Below are positions 1 through 8,484 of a DNA stretch of 64,000 bases, in pieces. The position numbers and the translations under genes were made by a program. The notes under the pieces were generated by a model. That model did no database searches and was not told the DNA's origin. It saw nothing but the letters and a program-made list of their open reading frames with translations. Source of the DNA: Candidatus Eiseniibacteriota bacterium (GTDB lineage: Bacteria; Eisenbacteria; RBG-16-71-46; CAZAMP01); assembly GCA_965224245.1 (NCBI GenBank), contig OZ245046.1, positions 3,392,001 to 3,456,000 on the forward strand. The letters are read 5' to 3'. Position 1 is the stretch's first letter. Each line of letters begins with the position of its first letter.

Positions 1-2
1 AG

Positions 3-638
3 CGCTGCACGTCGACCCGACGCCTGTTCCTGCAACGATCCATCGCCGCCGGGTTCACCGAGCGCATGCTGAAGGCGTACCGGTCGGTCACGATCGGCGA
101 TCCGCTCGACCCGGAGACGCTGATGGGTCCGCTCGTGACCCCCGAGGCCGTGACCGACTACACGAACGCGCTGGCCGCGATTCGCGAGCAGGGAGGCGAA
201 ATCCTCTGCGGGGGGAACGTCCTGGATCGCCCGGGCAACTTCGTCGAGCCCACGGTCGTCAAGGCCCGGCACGACATGCCGATCGTGCACCAGGAGACGT
301 TCGCGCCGATCCTGTACGTGATCGAGTTCGACACGCTGGACGAGGTACTGGAGTGGCACAACGAGGTCCCGCAGGGCCTGTCGTCGGCCATCTTCACCGA
401 CAGCGTGCGTGCGGCCGAGACGTTCGTCAGCGCGCGCGGCAGCGACTGCGGAATCGCCAACGTGAATCTCGGCACGTCGGGCGCCGAGATCGGCGGGGCC
501 TTCGGAGGCGAGAAGGAGACCGGCGGCGGACGGGAGTCGGGCAGCGACGCATGGAAGGCCTACATGCGCCGCCAGACGAACACGGTCAACTGGGGCGCCG
601 AGCTCCCGCTGGCGCAGGGCGTGAAGTTCGATGTCTGA
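3..638 (+). CDS. Aldehyde dehydrogenase family 7 (antiquitin/piperideine-6-carboxylate dehydrogenase-like), 5' truncated by window edge
   Basis: Frame is open from the window start with catalytic [15 protein letters not shown] and [27 protein letters not shown] are typical of ALDH7. Confidence 0.9.
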   Translation, partial: RCTSTRRLFLQRSIAAGFTERMLKAYRSVTIGDPLDPETLMGPLVTPEAVTDYTNALAAIREQGGEILCGGNVLDRPGNFVEPTVVKARHDMPIVHQETFAPILYVIEFDTLDEVLEWHNEVPQGLSSAIFTDSVRAAETFVSARGSDCGIANVNLGTSGAEIGGAFGGEKETGGGRESGSDAWKAYMRRQTNTVNWGAELPLAQGVKFDV

Positions 639-954
639 GGCGCCCCCGGAGTTGAACGGCCGTCAGGTACGCCACCTGCGCTCGCTCGGCAACGGCATCG
701 AGGTCGCGCTGACCATCGGTCGGAGCGGCCTCACCGATGCCGTGCTGGTCGCGGTGCTGGAGTGCTTCAACACGCGGGAGCTCGTGAAGATACGCCTGCG
801 CGTCGACGACCCGTCGGCGCGCCGCGACCTGGCGCAGGAACTCGCCCAGCGGACCGGCACGGCGCTCGTTCAGGTGCTCGGCAAGACCGCGCTCCTGTAC
901 CGGCCGGCCGACGCCGACGCCAGGATCGAGAGCAGGATCACGTTACCGGCCTGA
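631..954 (+). CDS. yhbY: YhbY/CRM-domain RNA-binding protein
   Basis: LRSLG...IGRSG...ELVKI...[15 protein letters not shown] pattern; overlaps the ALDH stop. Confidence 0.85.
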   Translation: MSEAPPELNGRQVRHLRSLGNGIEVALTIGRSGLTDAVLVAVLECFNTRELVKIRLRVDDPSARRDLAQELAQRTGTALVQVLGKTALLYRPADADARIESRITLPA

Positions 955-999
955 TCCTTCGGACGCCGCCCACGCGGCGTCGCCCTCCCGCCTGGGCCT

Positions 1000-1029
1000 T
1001 TGACATACCGCCCCGCGAGGACCTATTTT
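1000..1029 (+). promoter_or_regulatory. Putative sigma70 promoter
   Basis: TTGACA (1000-1005), 18 bp spacer, TATTTT (1024-1029), upstream of the small ORF at 1103. Confidence 0.5.
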
Positions 1030-1102
1030 GACGGGGCATCCTCGTGCCGCATCGTGACTCGAGTTCTCGTGTGATCCTCGTCACTTCCGGGAAGGAGAGA
1101 GC

Positions 1103-1267
1103 ATGAAGAAACGGCGCCCCTCCACTCACGTTCCCCGCGGCAAGACGCCGACGCCGCACGATCCGCACGCCTGGCTGGATGAGATCGACGATCCGCACGA
1201 CTTCGAGGACGATACCCGGGGAGGCCCCGACGAAGGCAGCGCTTCGCCGGAGCGTTCTGACGGTTAG
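1103..1267 (+). CDS. Unannotated 54-aa protein with basic N-terminus and acidic C-terminus
   Basis: GGAAGGAGAG RBS before ATG; MKKRRPSTHVPRGKTPTPHDPHAWLDEIDDPHDFEDDTRGGPDEGSASPERSDG; absent from the ORF track, probably below its length cutoff. Confidence 0.5.
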   Translation: MKKRRPSTHVPRGKTPTPHDPHAWLDEIDDPHDFEDDTRGGPDEGSASPERSDG

Positions 1268-1278
1268 CGGCCATCCGC

Positions 1279-2073
1279 CTAGGAGCGGCTCCGCTCGGTC
1301 CGCTCTCGCCGGTAGCCGAGCGGGAGGTCGGCGGAGTCGCGCGTCGGCTGGCGATCGTCGTCATCCTGCGACGAGCCGTGCCGAGACTCCTGATCATCCA
1401 TCTTGGCCCGGCTCGGATCGCGGAGGATGTTGTTCTCGGGGTTCTTCAGATCCGACTCGAAGACGGGGGTGACCATGTCCACGAGCACGCGCAGCCCCCA
1501 CGCCTGCCCGCGCAGCTCCGATCGATACCCCGGCTCGATCGTCAGGAGATGCACCTGACGTCCCTGTGACTTCACGTGCCGGATGGCCTCGGCGAAGTCG
1601 TAATCACCGGAGACGAGCACGGCCACGTCGTACGACTCCATCTGCGTGACCAGATCGACGGCCAGTCCGACGTCGACGCCCTTCTCTTCCATGCGCTCCT
1701 GGTTGTACGGGTTCACACGCAGCACACCGCTGTAGCGGTAGTCGACGAAGTCGTTCTCGATCGCGATGCGACTGTGAACCTCGTCGTGCAGCTTCTGAAG
1801 CCGGATGCTCTCGGTCTCGTACCAGTGCCGACATCGGTTCTCGAACGCGTTCTCGTCCACGCCCGGCGGGCAATAGCGACGGGTCAGCGACGGATACCAT
1901 TGGTGCGGCGCCAGGCGGTTCACGTGATACCAGGACGCCCGGATGAGCTCGTACTGCTCGGGCAGCGCGAACTCGAAGAACGCGCGCCAGTGGATGTCTT
2001 TCTCGAGAAGCCCGACGTTCTTCAACTGATTGTGCAGATTGCTGCCATCCACATAGGCCAACGCCCGTTTCAT
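1279..2073 (-). CDS. NYN-domain (LabA/DUF88, PIN-like) ribonuclease
   Basis: YVDGSN, EKGVDVGLAVD and LVSGDYDF catalytic Asp motifs; GAGGAG RBS. Confidence 0.9.
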   Translation of the reverse strand: MKRALAYVDGSNLHNQLKNVGLLEKDIHWRAFFEFALPEQYELIRASWYHVNRLAPHQWYPSLTRRYCPPGVDENAFENRCRHWYETESIRLQKLHDEVHSRIAIENDFVDYRYSGVLRVNPYNQERMEEKGVDVGLAVDLVTQMESYDVAVLVSGDYDFAEAIRHVKSQGRQVHLLTIEPGYRSELRGQAWGLRVLVDMVTPVFESDLKNPENNILRDPSRAKMDDQESRHGSSQDDDDRQPTRDSADLPLGYRRERTERSRS

Positions 2074-2098
2074 GCCTCGATCTCCTCGGAAGCGGTTC

Positions 2099-2289
2099 GC
2101 GAAAATGGGGTCGTCTCATTCTCGCATTCCAGATCACATTCACACTACCAGGGCGGCCCCCAAAGATGCCGCGAACGTATCGAGCCGCCCCGGGCTCTCC
2201 GCACAAACGCGTCGAGCCCGGTGCCGGTTCCGACGACCCGTGGAAGTGCGGACGGGCCTCCGCCACCGCACTCGATCACGTCCGTCGTC
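2099..2289 (-). ncRNA. Candidate structured 5' leader RNA (four consecutive hairpins) upstream of the NYN gene
   Basis: Stems at 2232-2289, 2190-2221 (tandem GA/GA internal loop on the minus strand), 2151-2190 and 2099-2125; candidate promoter TTGGTG-N18-TAGGTT at 2338-2309. Confidence 0.35.
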
Positions 2290-2421
2290 ATCGCCTTCTC
2301 ACGCGTTTAACCTAACCGAATCGCCAGTTGTTCACCAAACCCTCAGTGCCGGCCGCGCGGAGTCCCCCGGGAACGTGGGGCGCCCGGTCCGTGTCCTCGC
2401 GTGGAGGCCCTGTGCGTCCGG

Positions 2422-2964
2422 TTACTTTTGGAGAATCTGCGGCGCCACGGCCGAGACGAACGACTCGAAGTGCTCGTCGCAGGCGGCCGCGACGTCCAGA
2501 GCCGCGATCCGGAGAACGTCCCCCGACACGGCACGGACCGGTACCTCGTACTGCACGTCGAGGTCGCCGTTCTCGAGGTCGAGCGCGAACTTCGCGCCGG
2601 CGCTGGTGGCGTTGTAGGCGAGCGCCCGCCGGAGCAGGGCCGGCGGATAGACGAACCCCGGCTCGCGATCGAGAAGGGTCGTGTAGATCAGCACCCACTC
2701 GCCGCCGGCGACCAGCGAGATCGTGACCGGCCAGTTGGAGCGGGAGATCGCCTCGTTGGCGTCGAACACGACCACGTACGTGTCGGCGTCGGTGCGTGCG
2801 TGAACGAACGGCGTGGCCGTGACCGCACGCCGCAGGCGTTCACGCGCATCGGAGAGGGTGACCGACGCCCCGGCCGAAGGCTGCACGCCGTCGATCAGAA
2901 CGACGATCGAGAGCATGACGAGAAGCGCCAGCGCCGAGACGAGGACGGTGCGAGTTCGTGGCAT
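2422..2964 (-). CDS. Exported YbjN/T3SS-chaperone-fold hypothetical protein
   Basis: AGGAG RBS; N-terminal hydrophobic segment; LLRRALAYNATSAGAKFALDLENGDL resembles the YbjN fold. Confidence 0.55.
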   Translation of the reverse strand: MPRTRTVLVSALALLVMLSIVVLIDGVQPSAGASVTLSDARERLRRAVTATPFVHARTDADTYVVVFDANEAISRSNWPVTISLVAGGEWVLIYTTLLDREPGFVYPPALLRRALAYNATSAGAKFALDLENGDLDVQYEVPVRAVSGDVLRIAALDVAAACDEHFESFVSAVAPQILQK

Positions 2965-3030
2965 CGTGTTCTCCTGCGAGCGGTCGACTCGGTCACGCAG
3001 CGGTCGACGCATCGTACCTCAGAGCCGGCT

Positions 3031-4512
3031 CTATCCGGAATCGAGAGCGACGTCCGCGTGTCGCGCGACGCGATCGACGAGCGCGGCCGCGACGGCCTCG
3101 TGCTCGGGCTTCATCAGGCAGCTCCGGAGCACGACGGTCTCCGGCGCCTCGGCCACGAAGTGCGTGTATCGCGCCGCCAGGATACGACTCGGAACGCGGA
3201 GCGTGCTCAGATACACCGGATCGTCCGGCGACGCCATCGCCGCGGCGAACACGCGCTCGGAGGCGGCGCTCACCGTCGCGGACGTGAACGGCTCCACGGC
3301 CGGCGCGTAGGCGACGATGTCCAGCTCGGGATCCGCTACCAGGTGGAACCCGCCGGTCCCGGCCCCGGGGTCACCCGCGGCGACGGTATCGCCTCGATCA
3401 CCCCGATCGGGACCGTGGATACGATCGGCGAACGCACGAGCGGCCCGGCGGCACGCGCGCAGCCCCGCGCCGAGCCCGCGATGCGCTTCGAGCGGAAGAC
3501 AGCGCAGCGTCAGCCAGAGGGCCGCCGCCGCCGCTCCGGGACGGGAACACTCCAGGGAGATCTCACCCAGGTGCAGATCGTCGGACGTGAAATAGTTGTA
3601 CGGCGAGTCGTGCCGGTAGTGCCGGTGGACGGCCGGGTTCGAGAAGAGCACCGCGCCGCAGCCGTACGGCTGGAGACCGTGCTTGTGGGGATCCACGACG
3701 AGACTGTCGGCCAGGGAGGCGGCCCGAAACGGTGCGGACGCGACCCCGTCGGGGGCGTCGTCGGCGATCAGCGCGTAGAAGCCCCCGTACGCGGCGTCGA
3801 CGTGAAGCCGGACGTCGCGCTCACGACAGAGAGCGGCGATCTCGTGCACGGGATCCAGCGCGCCCAGTGCGGTCGTGCCCAGCGTCGCGACCACGGTGCC
3901 GATGCGGCCCGCGCTGCCGACGCGGCCGGCCTCGAGCTGGTCACGTAGCGCGTCCACGCGCATGCGCCCGGCATCGTCGGACTCGATCGTCACGAAGGGA
4001 ACGCCCAGCACCTCGCACATGCGCGCATGCGTGTAGTGCGCATCCCGGCTCGCCGCGATCGCCCGGCCCGGACGCTCACGCCGCGCGACCCAGAGCGCCT
4101 CGAGATTCGCGACCGTCCCTCCGCTCGTGAGATGCCCGAGGTGTCGGGACCACCCGGCCACACGTCGCGCGATGTCGGCCACCACCTCTTGCTCCATCCG
4201 CGCCGTCGCGGGGCCGCCGTCCAGTGCGTGGTTGTTCGGGTTGATGTGCATCGCCGCGAGGTAGCCGAGAACCGCCACCGGATGCGGAGGCTTCAGCATC
4301 TGACCGGCATAGCGCGGATGAAAGAACGGGTAGTTGTCCCCGAGCCGCTCCATCAGCTCACCGAGCGCCGCGGCGACGGCGTCGGTGTCGACCGCGAGCG
4401 GATCCGAGGGTACCGACGCATCCGCCGGAAGCGCCGACCACGAGTCCTGCCACGCGTCGAGCGCTTCTCGAATGAAAAGGACGTGCTCGTGGAATGCATT
4501 GCCACTCACCAC
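3031..4512 (-). CDS. Group II pyridoxal-dependent decarboxylase
   Basis: HLTSGGTVANLEAL, AHYT, LHVDAAYGG, DPHK (PLP lysine); GTG start after GGAGG, overlapping the upstream stop. Confidence 0.88.
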   Translation of the reverse strand: MVSGNAFHEHVLFIREALDAWQDSWSALPADASVPSDPLAVDTDAVAAALGELMERLGDNYPFFHPRYAGQMLKPPHPVAVLGYLAAMHINPNNHALDGGPATARMEQEVVADIARRVAGWSRHLGHLTSGGTVANLEALWVARRERPGRAIAASRDAHYTHARMCEVLGVPFVTIESDDAGRMRVDALRDQLEAGRVGSAGRIGTVVATLGTTALGALDPVHEIAALCRERDVRLHVDAAYGGFYALIADDAPDGVASAPFRAASLADSLVVDPHKHGLQPYGCGAVLFSNPAVHRHYRHDSPYNYFTSDDLHLGEISLECSRPGAAAAALWLTLRCLPLEAHRGLGAGLRACRRAARAFADRIHGPDRGDRGDTVAAGDPGAGTGGFHLVADPELDIVAYAPAVEPFTSATVSAASERVFAAAMASPDDPVYLSTLRVPSRILAARYTHFVAEAPETVVLRSCLMKPEHEAVAAALVDRVARHADVALDSG

Positions 4513-4838
4513 GCACCTCCCCGCGGGCGCCATCGATGGCGCTCCAGGTTCAACCGGCCCTGCTCGTCCACGTCGACACCCTCGGCGATCAGAAGTGCGC
4601 GCTGGAGCGCCCCGGCACCGGCACGCACGTCGAGCGAGATCGTCCCCCGCGCATTCAGCACCCGGTGCCACGGCACGCGCGTGTCGCCCGGCAGTGCGTG
4701 CAGCGCGTAACCCACGAGCCGGGCGTGCGCGGGCAGCCCCGCGAGTGCGGCCACCTGTCCGTAGGTGGCCACGCGCCCCTTCGGGATACGCCGGACGACC
4801 GCGAAGATGCGCTCGTGCTTGGTGTCCGTCGCGCTCAC
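4506..4838 (-). CDS. Alkyltransferase-like protein (ATL/YbaZ, MGMT family)
   Basis: IPKGRVATYGQVA...ARLVG...VPWHRV; PWHR replaces the catalytic PCHR. Confidence 0.88.
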   Translation of the reverse strand: MSATDTKHERIFAVVRRIPKGRVATYGQVAALAGLPAHARLVGYALHALPGDTRVPWHRVLNARGTISLDVRAGAGALQRALLIAEGVDVDEQGRLNLERHRWRPRGGAW

Positions 4839-5017
4839 GGCCGGCCGATCTCCCGGGGATCGAACTCGGTTCGGCACTCGCCGCAGACGATCACCTCCCC
4901 GAGGTCCCGCACCGGGAACAGCGGCACCCCGTACAGGTGCACGACCTCGCGGACCCGGCACCGTCGGCCGATCCGAGGGCGGCCGCACGTCGTGCACTGG
5001 AAGTGACACGATCCCAA
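4835..5017 (-). CDS. Small zinc-ribbon protein (start uncertain; frame open to 5071)
   Basis: CTTC...LYGVPLFPV...CGEC zinc-ribbon pattern; GTGA overlap with the ATL gene. Confidence 0.55.
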   Translation of the reverse strand: MGSCHFQCTTCGRPRIGRRCRVREVVHLYGVPLFPVRDLGEVIVCGECRTEFDPREIGRP

Positions 5018-5109
5018 CGACTTGAGCCGCCGCCGGGCACCTGCGATGACGAAGAAGAAGGTGACACCCCCTCACCCGGTGCCGGCGCTGGCTAAAAACG
5101 TCTCGGGCC

Positions 5110-5136
5110 TGTAACAATCCCGGCTCGTCGGCCGTC
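5110..5136 (+). promoter_or_regulatory. ECF-type promoter upstream of the sigma factor gene
   Basis: TGTAAC-N17-CGTC, the typical ECF -35/-10 layout. Confidence 0.6.
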
Positions 5137-5163
5137 CCCTCCTCGACGGCGGAATGGAGAACC

Positions 5164-5727
5164 ATGGACCGCACGAGTTTCAACGACGCCATCGTCGAAC
5201 ACAAGGATGCGGTCTTCGGTTACGCGGTGTATCTCCTCGGGTCGCGACACGACGCCGAGGACGTCACCCAGGACGTGTTCCTCTCGTTCTGGCGCGACGG
5301 CGACTCCGTTCCGTCCCACGCGATCCGGGCCTGGCTCATCCGGGTCTGCCGGAACGCGTGCATCGATTTGCATCGACGCAACCAAGTTCGGGTTCGGTCG
5401 ACGGCGGCCACTCGCGTGGCGCATGAAAAGGCTTGGGGGCCCGCTGCCGTGCGAGGGGCCGCCGAAGACCAACCTCCCGAACCGACCGATCAAGGACGAG
5501 AGGTGGCCCGCATCGAGGCCACTCTCGCACTCGACGAGGTGAGCGACGTGATCTCCACCCTTTCGGAACCGGGCCGATCGATCCTGGTGCTCCGCGAGGT
5601 CTACGGGCTGCCGTACGACGAGATCGCTTCGGCCCTCGAGCTTCCGATGAGTTCGGTGAAGGTCACGCTCCATCGGGCGCGCAAGCGCCTCAGGGCGCTG
5701 CTGACCGAGAGAGGGACGGCGTCATGA
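5164..5727 (+). CDS. ECF RNA polymerase sigma factor
   Basis: DAEDVTQDVF, AWLIRVCRNACID; region 4 YDEIASALELPMSSVKVTLHRAR. Confidence 0.92.
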   Translation: MDRTSFNDAIVEHKDAVFGYAVYLLGSRHDAEDVTQDVFLSFWRDGDSVPSHAIRAWLIRVCRNACIDLHRRNQVRVRSTAATRVAHEKAWGPAAVRGAAEDQPPEPTDQGREVARIEATLALDEVSDVISTLSEPGRSILVLREVYGLPYDEIASALELPMSSVKVTLHRARKRLRALLTERGTAS

Positions 5728-6419
5728 ACGTTCGCCCGATCAAGTGTGACGACGCACTCGACTGGATCGAGTCCGTCGTCCGGGGAGAGCTGGCCGAGTC
5801 GGCGCGAGAGCGATTCGACGCGCACCTGGCCGGCTGCGACGGGTGTCGAGAGGCGCTCGACAACGCCATCTGGGCCCGCGACACGCTCGGTGCCACCGAG
5901 CGACCGACGTGCCCGGACACGGTGGTGGACCGGATCATGGCCGCCGTCGACGCCGAGGAGGCGTCGGCCCGCGCCGCCATGGCACCGCCGCCGCGAGCCG
6001 AGACGGCACACCATCCGGCGCCGTGGTCACCTGCGGCCTGGGGACGCTGGATCTGGCAGCCGCGGTTCGCGCTGGCGGCGGCAGCGGTCGTGGCTGTCGT
6101 GATCGTCGCGATCCGCCCGCCGTGGGGAGGTGACGAGGTCGCCACCGACGCGTCCGAGAAGTCGATCGACGAGATGAGCCCCAGCGAGCTGGCCAGCGCC
6201 ACCGAGGAAGTCAAGTTCGCGCTCGGGATCGTGGCCCGGGCCATGAACCACACCGCGCGTTCGGTTGGGAGCGAGGTGCGCGACCACCTGAGCACGCCGG
6301 TCATGAGAGGCGTCGAGCAGAGCGTGGATCACTTGCCCGCCCCGCTCGACTCGGAAGAGAAGTCACAGGATGGCGCGGCGCTCGACGACGAGTCCGAACA
6401 CGATCCTGGCCGAACCTGA
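5724..6419 (+). CDS. Zinc-binding (zf-HC2) membrane anti-sigma factor
   Basis: HLAGCDGC (HxxxCxxC), one TM helix; ATGA overlap with the sigma gene. Confidence 0.85.
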   Translation: MNVRPIKCDDALDWIESVVRGELAESARERFDAHLAGCDGCREALDNAIWARDTLGATERPTCPDTVVDRIMAAVDAEEASARAAMAPPPRAETAHHPAPWSPAAWGRWIWQPRFALAAAAVVAVVIVAIRPPWGGDEVATDASEKSIDEMSPSELASATEEVKFALGIVARAMNHTARSVGSEVRDHLSTPVMRGVEQSVDHLPAPLDSEEKSQDGAALDDESEHDPGRT

Positions 6420-6465
6420 AAAGACTAATGGCTCCCCAGCCATCTCTCTGCAAAAGGGGTGACAC

Positions 6466-7098
6466 GTGAAACGGCTACTCATCGCGCTCTTGATGCTGGC
6501 GGTGGCCATACCGGCCGACGCGGGCAAGAAGAGCTCACGCAAGGTCGACCCGACCAAGGAGCCCGGCTACGTCGAGTTCGACGATCTCGACCGCTACATG
6601 GAGGGCGAGGCCACGGTCGAGGTGCACCTCACGCAGCCGCTCCTGAAGCTCGCCGAGGAGATCATCCGGCAGCAGATGATCGACGAGGATCCGGAGCTGG
6701 CGGCGCTTCCGATCGCACTCCATCTCGTGCACGTGAACGTCTTCGAGTACGACGTCGACAACGAAGAGGGACTCGAGACGTCCTTCGCGGATCTGTCCAG
6801 GAAGCTGACCAACGACGGCTGGCAGCGCCTGGTCAAGGTGCGCGACGACGAGCAGAGCGTGTACCTGTACATCCTGCCCGAGGTCCGCGAGCGGGACGGC
6901 GAGGAAGTCGACCTGATCTCCGGGGTCGTGGTGCTGGTCCTGGGTGACGGCGGTCGCCGGGCCTCGCGTCAGGCCGTCTTCGTGAACATCGTCGGTGACT
7001 TCGACATCGAGGCGATGGTGTACCTGGTGCAGCACTTCTCCGAGGACGTGCCCGACCTCGACATGATCGAGGGGATGGGTAACGGGTCATATCACTAG
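6466..7098 (+). CDS. DUF4252-like exported protein
   Basis: Signal peptide; PGYVEF, GWQRLVKVR, VFVNIVGDFD; typical position after an ECF/anti-sigma pair. Confidence 0.75.
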   Translation: MKRLLIALLMLAVAIPADAGKKSSRKVDPTKEPGYVEFDDLDRYMEGEATVEVHLTQPLLKLAEEIIRQQMIDEDPELAALPIALHLVHVNVFEYDVDNEEGLETSFADLSRKLTNDGWQRLVKVRDDEQSVYLYILPEVRERDGEEVDLISGVVVLVLGDGGRRASRQAVFVNIVGDFDIEAMVYLVQHFSEDVPDLDMIEGMGNGSYH

Positions 7099-7124
7099 AC
7101 ACCACCTCGATCCTCGTGACGTTC

Positions 7125-7159
7125 GGCGCTGGCCTCCCGGGGCCGGCGCCATTTCGTTT
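7125..7159 (+). terminator. Intrinsic terminator of the ECF operon
   Basis: GGCGCTGGCC/GGCCGGCGCC stem followed by ATTTCGTTT. Confidence 0.55.
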
Positions 7160-7233
7160 GGCGTCACTCCCGGGTCGGGTCTCGCTCGGGGTCGACTCGG
7201 GTGATACGCATCGATCGAAGTCGGAGACGACGA

Positions 7234-8475
7234 TCAGAACCCGTCGAAGATTCCCCAGCTCCGCCGGTTGAAGATCGACTCCAGCACCGATACGTCGGCC
7301 GTCGTCGTCAGGACGCCGAGTCGCCGGGCGGCCCGCACGCCGATGACGCCGCACTCCAGCTGCGTCCAGGTGGCGATGTCGGTCTCGAGTGACTCCTCGG
7401 CGTGATCTCCCGGCTCCACCGCGGCACGACCGTCGCGGACATCCAGCGTCACCGTCACCGGCTCGGCCACGGGATCGGTCACGGTCACCGAGAACCGGGC
7501 CCGACCCGGTCCGTACGGCCGGGCGGCCGCCACCTCCTCGACGTCGAGGATCTTCGCCATCGCGCCCAGCATCCGATCGCCGACCTTGTGGATCCCACCC
7601 GGAAGCATCGGGCCGCCCGCGACGGACGGATGCGAGAGATGATGGAGGAGCGCGTCGTCCTCGTGAGCCACGTGGACCACCTCGACCACCTGGTCGCGAA
7701 GTCGGGACACGAAGCCCCACAGCGCACGCCAGGCGCCGTCGCTCGTCCAGACGAGCTCGCGCACCACCAGCCGCTGATGGAGGAAGTGGTCCGACGCCCC
7801 CTCGATGCGGTAGAGCAGGTAGCCGTCCACGTGACCGCCGGGTCCCTCGGAGACCGCGACGAACGGGGGCTCTTCGGCCAGCCGCGCGGCGTGACTCTCC
7901 ACACGGCGTCGAAGGAACCCGTCGCGCCGGTTGATGAACCGTTCGTACACCGGCATCAGCGTCTCCAGGTCCGCCAGGGTGCCGGTGCGTACGCGGTCGG
8001 CCCCCTCGTCGTCCGGGATCGAGGTCGTCGGGAAGCGGTGGACGTCGCGCACGTCCACGGTGCCGTACCCCAGCCGCCGGTAGAAGTCGGCGCGAAACGG
8101 ATACAGGATCTGCCATGCGCAGCCCCGTTCGCGCAGGACCGATTCGGTGTGCGCGACCAGGCGCCGCCCCCATCCGGCCCGACGCGCATCGGCAGCCACG
8201 GCGACCCCACCCAGACCGCCGACCTTCCAGGTGCGACCCCACGCGACCATCTCGAACGGATACACGATGGCCTGCGCCACGTGCGGCTGCGAGTCGTCGA
8301 TCCACATGTCACCGAGCGAGGCGCGGGGATTCTCGGCCACCCAGCGCCGGACGTCGTCCGGCGCGCGCTGGGGAACCGGATAGGATCGAATGCCGATCTC
8401 CACCATGCGGTCGACGTCGGCGTCGGTCGGGTTTCGAAACGTCATCGGGTCGGCGTCCTTTCTCGACACGGCCAC
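7234..8475 (-). CDS. Eis-like GNAT acetyltransferase with SCP2-like C-terminus
   Basis: GGVAVAADARRAGWGRRL, LYPFRADFYRRLGY, second GNAT fold (GYLLY, VRELVW). Confidence 0.85.
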   Translation of the reverse strand: MAVSRKDADPMTFRNPTDADVDRMVEIGIRSYPVPQRAPDDVRRWVAENPRASLGDMWIDDSQPHVAQAIVYPFEMVAWGRTWKVGGLGGVAVAADARRAGWGRRLVAHTESVLRERGCAWQILYPFRADFYRRLGYGTVDVRDVHRFPTTSIPDDEGADRVRTGTLADLETLMPVYERFINRRDGFLRRRVESHAARLAEEPPFVAVSEGPGGHVDGYLLYRIEGASDHFLHQRLVVRELVWTSDGAWRALWGFVSRLRDQVVEVVHVAHEDDALLHHLSHPSVAGGPMLPGGIHKVGDRMLGAMAKILDVEEVAAARPYGPGRARFSVTVTDPVAEPVTVTLDVRDGRAAVEPGDHAEESLETDIATWTQLECGVIGVRAARRLGVLTTTADVSVLESIFNRRSWGIFDGF

Positions 8476-8484
8476 CGCCGTCCG

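Noticed and set aside
2074..2340. T-box, cobalamin riboswitch, SRP or tmRNA identity for the NYN leader
   Set aside because: The diagnostic conserved sequences of those families are absent.
3031..4671. Extended N-termini in the ORF track (e.g. starts at 4671, 5433, 11994, 11754, 46797, 49685)
   Set aside because: They overlap neighbouring real genes; downstream starts with an RBS or a stop/start overlap fit better.
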